A stretch of DNA of 64,000 nt from an uncultured Gemmatimonadales bacterium (GTDB lineage Bacteria; Gemmatimonadota; Gemmatimonadetes; Gemmatimonadales; Gemmatimonadaceae), in the NCBI GenBank assembly GCA_963851265.1, contig CAWKNZ010000002.1:416001-480000 (forward strand), in the 5' to 3' direction. The notes under the pieces were generated by a model. It was given only the letters and a program-made list of their open reading frames with translations. It was not told the origin of the DNA and did not search any database. This document shows, one piece after another, positions 60,425 through 64,000 of the stretch. The translations under genes were made by a program, and so were the position numbers. Position 1 is the first letter of the stretch, and every line of letters begins with the position of its first letter.

Positions 60425-62899
60425 CTATGGCCTCGCGCCGAACCTCCGCGACGCGACTGCCTCGTCGCGTCGCGGGGCCGCCGCAGCCGAGTCGCCGCGA
60501 AGCAGTCGTGCGCGCGCCGCCCACAGCGCGCCGTCGGTCGTCGCGACGGCTGCGCCGTTCGCCATCCCGAACGCGCGAAGCCGCTCGGCGCGGTCGAGCA
60601 CTTCGGCCCACCGGCCGCGCGCGGCGAGGGCTTCGAGCGCGTTGTCGACGATGTCGACCCGCACCGGTGCGACCACTTCGGGGAGCGCGTCGAGGACCGC
60701 CAGCGCGCTGTCCGCCTCGGCCGATGCGGCCGCGGTGTCGCCGCGCCGGAGCAGTGTGAGCGACCGGTACGCCCGGAAGTGCGCCGCCTCGCGGCTGTTC
60801 GCGCCGTAGCCGATCGCCGCGAGCCGGATCCCCTCGCGCGCGACCGAGTCGGCGGCCGCGAGGGCGCCGGCGCCGCTGAGCGCCCCCTCGTGGCCGAGCA
60901 TCGCGTCGAGCCGCTCGACGGAGAGTGGAGCGCCGAGCGAGTCCATGATCGCGATCGCGCGGACGTAGTACGTGTCGGTCGAGTCGTGGCGCGTCGTGCC
61001 GAGCACGCGCCACGCCCACGCGCGCGCGGGTGTGGGCGCGCGCGTGCGGGCTCGCTCGATCGCGAGCACCTCGGTCGCGAGCGAGTCGGCCGTGCGCAGG
61101 TCTCCGCGCGCGAGGGCGAGCGTCGCGCGCGCGCCGACGACGCGGGCGCGCAGTTCGCCACGTACCGGGTCGCGTGCCGCCTCGTCCGCGGGAAGCGCCG
61201 CGCACGCCGCCTCGAGGCGGCGTTGGGCGGCGGCGAAGCCATTCGTGCGCATGGCGGCCAGCCCCGCCGCGAGGCTCGCCTCGGCGTACGCCGTGGACCG
61301 CGTGCCGTAGCTGCTCTGCGCAAGTATCACCGCCGAGTCGAGCACGGCGGCCGCCTCGCGCGCCCGATCTTGGGCGACGTAGGTCGCACCGATCGCGGTG
61401 TAGAGCCGGGCGCGCGTGCGCGGGTCCGCGGCGAACGCGGTGGGCACGCGTCCGGCCGCACTGTCGAGCGCCTCGGCGAGCGAGGCGTGCGGGCCGAGGC
61501 GCGTGAGCACGCCACCCGTAGTCACGTCGGGCGTGCCCAGCAGTTGCTGGAGGAACGACGCGACGCGCTCGGAGCGCTCGGCCTCGCGCCGGCTCTCGCG
61601 CGCCTGCCAGAGCGCGACGCCGCTCCCGCACACGAGCGCGGTCGCCGCGACGGCGAGGCCCGCGGCGAGCGCGCGTCGCCGACGCACGAACACGCGCGCC
61701 CGGTAGGCGAGCGTGTCGGGGCGGGCGAGGACGCGGTCGCCGCGCAGGTACCGCCGCACGTCGTCGGCGAGCGCGTCGACGGTCCCGTAGCGTCGCGCGG
61801 GTTCCTTGCGCAGGGCGGTGCGGACGATCGCGTCGAGGTCGCCGCGGAGCGTGCGCGCGAGGCGCGTCGCCGAGGGCGCGCCGCGCGCGCGGGCCGGCGC
61901 GTCGTCGCCCCGCGCGACCACGTCGGGGAGCGGCGGCACCGGACGGTCGAGCACGGCCACGATCGCCTCCGCCGGGCTCAGCTCGTCGGCGTCCAGCGGC
62001 GTGTGGCCGGTCAGCAGCAGGTGCAGGAGTGCGCCTAACGCGTACACGTCGGCCGCGGTCGTCACGCCGCCGCCGCGCACCTGTTCGGGCGCTGCGAACG
62101 CCGCCGTGAAGGGCGAGACGCCCGCCCCGGTGAGCGTCCCCGGGCGATCGGCCCCGTCGAGGAGCTTCGCCACGCCGAAGTCGAGCAGCTTGACCGTGCC
62201 TTCGCCGGTGACGAAGATGTTGGACGGCTTCAGGTCGCGGTGGATGACGAGCGCGCGGTGGGCGTGGGCGACGGCGGCGCACGCCTGCCGGAAGAGGTCG
62301 AGCCGCGCCGGAATCGTGAGGCGCCGCGTGTCGCACCAGGCGTCGATCGGCTCGCCCTCGACGAACTCCATGACGAGGTACGGCAGGCCCTCGGCCGTCG
62401 CCCCGCCGTCCAGTAACTGCGCGATGTTGGGGTGCGCGAGCGAGGCGAGGATCTGGCGCTCGCTCTGCAGCCGTCGCGTCATGAGCGTGCTGTCCGCGTT
62501 GCGCCAGACGGTCTTGATCGCCACCCGGTGCGTGTACGTGCCGTCGACGCGCTCGGCCTCGTACACGGTCCCCATGCCGCCCTCGCCGACGCGCCGCACG
62601 ACGCGGTAAGGGCCGAGTTGGCGCCCCTCGAACGGCGGCGCCTCCGGTGCGCCGGCGGGGCCCGAGGCGGACGGGTCGGCGAGCAGCGCGGCCCACCCTG
62701 CCCCCGTGCCGGCGTGACGTTCGAACCGCTCGCCCGCCGCCGCATCGGCGGCGAGCAGGCGGCGGACCTCTCGGAGGACCGCCTGGTCGGCGGCGCTCCG
62801 GGCGAGGTGGGCGTCGCGCTCCGCCGCGGGGAGGGCGGCCGTCTCCCAGAAGAGCTGCTTGACGGCCGGCCAGTGCTCCGCGGCGGGGGCGCGCGCCAT
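60425..62899 (-). CDS. Membrane Ser/Thr protein kinase with TPR-like C-terminal region
   Basis: GEGGMGTVY, VAIK, HRDLKPSN, DFG, APEQ, DVYALG, a TM helix and helical repeats. Confidence 0.93.
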   Translation of the reverse strand: MARAPAAEHWPAVKQLFWETAALPAAERDAHLARSAADQAVLREVRRLLAADAAAGERFERHAGTGAGWAALLADPSASGPAGAPEAPPFEGRQLGPYRVVRRVGEGGMGTVYEAERVDGTYTHRVAIKTVWRNADSTLMTRRLQSERQILASLAHPNIAQLLDGGATAEGLPYLVMEFVEGEPIDAWCDTRRLTIPARLDLFRQACAAVAHAHRALVIHRDLKPSNIFVTGEGTVKLLDFGVAKLLDGADRPGTLTGAGVSPFTAAFAAPEQVRGGGVTTAADVYALGALLHLLLTGHTPLDADELSPAEAIVAVLDRPVPPLPDVVARGDDAPARARGAPSATRLARTLRGDLDAIVRTALRKEPARRYGTVDALADDVRRYLRGDRVLARPDTLAYRARVFVRRRRALAAGLAVAATALVCGSGVALWQARESRREAERSERVASFLQQLLGTPDVTTGGVLTRLGPHASLAEALDSAAGRVPTAFAADPRTRARLYTAIGATYVAQDRAREAAAVLDSAVILAQSSYGTRSTAYAEASLAAGLAAMRTNGFAAAQRRLEAACAALPADEAARDPVRGELRARVVGARATLALARGDLRTADSLATEVLAIERARTRAPTPARAWAWRVLGTTRHDSTDTYYVRAIAIMDSLGAPLSVERLDAMLGHEGALSGAGALAAADSVAREGIRLAAIGYGANSREAAHFRAYRSLTLLRRGDTAAASAEADSALAVLDALPEVVAPVRVDIVDNALEALAARGRWAEVLDRAERLRAFGMANGAAVATTDGALWAARARLLRGDSAAAAPRRDEAVASRRFGARP

Positions 62900-62912
62900 C
62901 TATCGCAAGGCG

Positions 62913-63812
62913 TTAGGCACGCGCGCGCCGCCGGGCGAGCGTGCCGAGTGCTCCGACGCCCGCGGCCGTGAGCGCCCAGGTGGACGGCTCGGGAGCGGTG
63001 GTCACCCCGCCCGACCCCGCCGGCACGAGACGCGACGCATAGATGGTGGAGATCTGCGCCGCTGTCAGGTCCGTGTTGAACACCGCCACGTCGGCGATCG
63101 CGCCGTCGAAGTAGCGGCCGCCGAACACGTTACTCTGCCCGATGTAGAAGGGCGCGGAGTTGGTCCCGTGCGGACCGGGCGTGTCGCCGACCCCGCCCGC
63201 CAGGGCCCCGTCGATGTACACATAACGGTCGACGCCCGTGGCGAACGTGGCCGCCACGAACACCCACCGGTTTAGGTCGCTGCTGCCGAACGGAGTGTAA
63301 GACGTGGTGTTGCCACCGGCTTCGGTGTAGAAATGGAGGAGGTTGTCCGCCGGGTTAATCTGGAGGTCGAAGTCATTGCCGCCATTCGACTCGCCAGCGA
63401 TCGAGAACGCGCGGCCCTGCGCGGAGGGGAGCGAGGCGAGGTTGATCCACGCGACGATGCTGCCGCTGTTGCCGATCCCGCCGAGGAGCGGATTGCTGCC
63501 GCCGGCGGTGGCGTACTTCTGCCCGGTCGCGCCGTTGTTGAGGAGCAGTGCGGAGCTCGACGGGTCGCTGATGTTCGGTCCGCTGCCGGGGCCGCCGACG
63601 GTGGCGCCGTTCTGGAGCGTGCCGGTATAGCCGTTCACGACGCTGTTGGCCTGCGCCGATTGCGTGAACGTGTAGTACGCGAGCAGGCCGGGCGTGCTCT
63701 CGACGGTCGCGTTGTAGCCCTGCTGCGCGCCGGCGTGGGCCGCGACCGCCGCGAGCGCGAACGTGGTGAGGGCCGCCCGGCGCAGGCCGGACGTGGGGGG
63801 CAGTGCGGGCAT
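62913..63812 (-). CDS. PEP-CTERM protein with LamG/concanavalin-like domain
   Basis: Signal peptide, WVFVAATF...YIDG...IG...FDGAIADVAVFN, C-terminal APEPSTWAL-TM-RRR. Confidence 0.92.
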   Translation of the reverse strand: MPALPPTSGLRRAALTTFALAAVAAHAGAQQGYNATVESTPGLLAYYTFTQSAQANSVVNGYTGTLQNGATVGGPGSGPNISDPSSSALLLNNGATGQKYATAGGSNPLLGGIGNSGSIVAWINLASLPSAQGRAFSIAGESNGGNDFDLQINPADNLLHFYTEAGGNTTSYTPFGSSDLNRWVFVAATFATGVDRYVYIDGALAGGVGDTPGPHGTNSAPFYIGQSNVFGGRYFDGAIADVAVFNTDLTAAQISTIYASRLVPAGSGGVTTAPEPSTWALTAAGVGALGTLARRRARA

Positions 63813-64000
63813 CGGGGAACTCCGTGCGGGGGTGGCGGCCCGCGCGCCCGTGGACGGACGCGCGCCGGGCCGTGCCGGCCGCCGGGGATGGCGGCCGTAC
63901 CCGGCAACGCGTAGAACTGCTCCAGATCCCATCACGCAACGCAGTCGCTACACCGCGCGACCGGCGTTCACGCCCCCGCCAGCTCCGCCGACAGCCACGC

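Noticed and set aside
60206..62038. 610-aa ORF beginning MRILLDTHA as a giant PIN-domain protein
   Set aside because: Only the first 30 or so codons resemble VapC; the rest is the antisense frame of the kinase gene.
6646..62918. GCCTAAC/GTTAGGC sites read as integron attC cassette boundaries
   Set aside because: Most lie inside essential genes, no GCCTAAC...GTTAGGC pair falls within attC-like spacing, and there is no integrase in the window.

Overview
A very GC-rich (roughly 70-75% by eye) chromosomal segment of core and accessory genes. Gene content and style (PEP-CTERM protein, TPR-type Ser/Thr kinase, caa3 oxidase, M14 peptidase) suggest a diderm bacterium, possibly Gemmatimonadota; this is inference. 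It encodes trehalose synthesis (otsA/otsB), sucB-lpdA, gyrA, leuS, a REC-GAF-GGDEF cyclase, dacB, a cNMP-domain/aspartase fusion, an MCP with an orphan solute-binding protein, a caa3 cytochrome c oxidase operon, two ECF sigma modules, a TetR-TolC-EmrA module lacking its inner-membrane pump, three GT9 glycosyltransferases, nth, an altered PolX-PHP, a decayed Phd-VapC toxin-antitoxin pair, a Ser/Thr kinase and a PEP-CTERM protein. I saw no rRNA, tRNA, CRISPR array, transposase or integrase. The most striking signal is not a gene. The non-palindromic motif YGTTAGGCR (core GTTAGGC/GCCTAAC) occurs 25 times by manual count, on both strands and mostly inside housekeeping genes, where it forces the otherwise avoided TTA codon. 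It looks like a DNA-level dispersed signal of the uptake-sequence or HIP1 kind.
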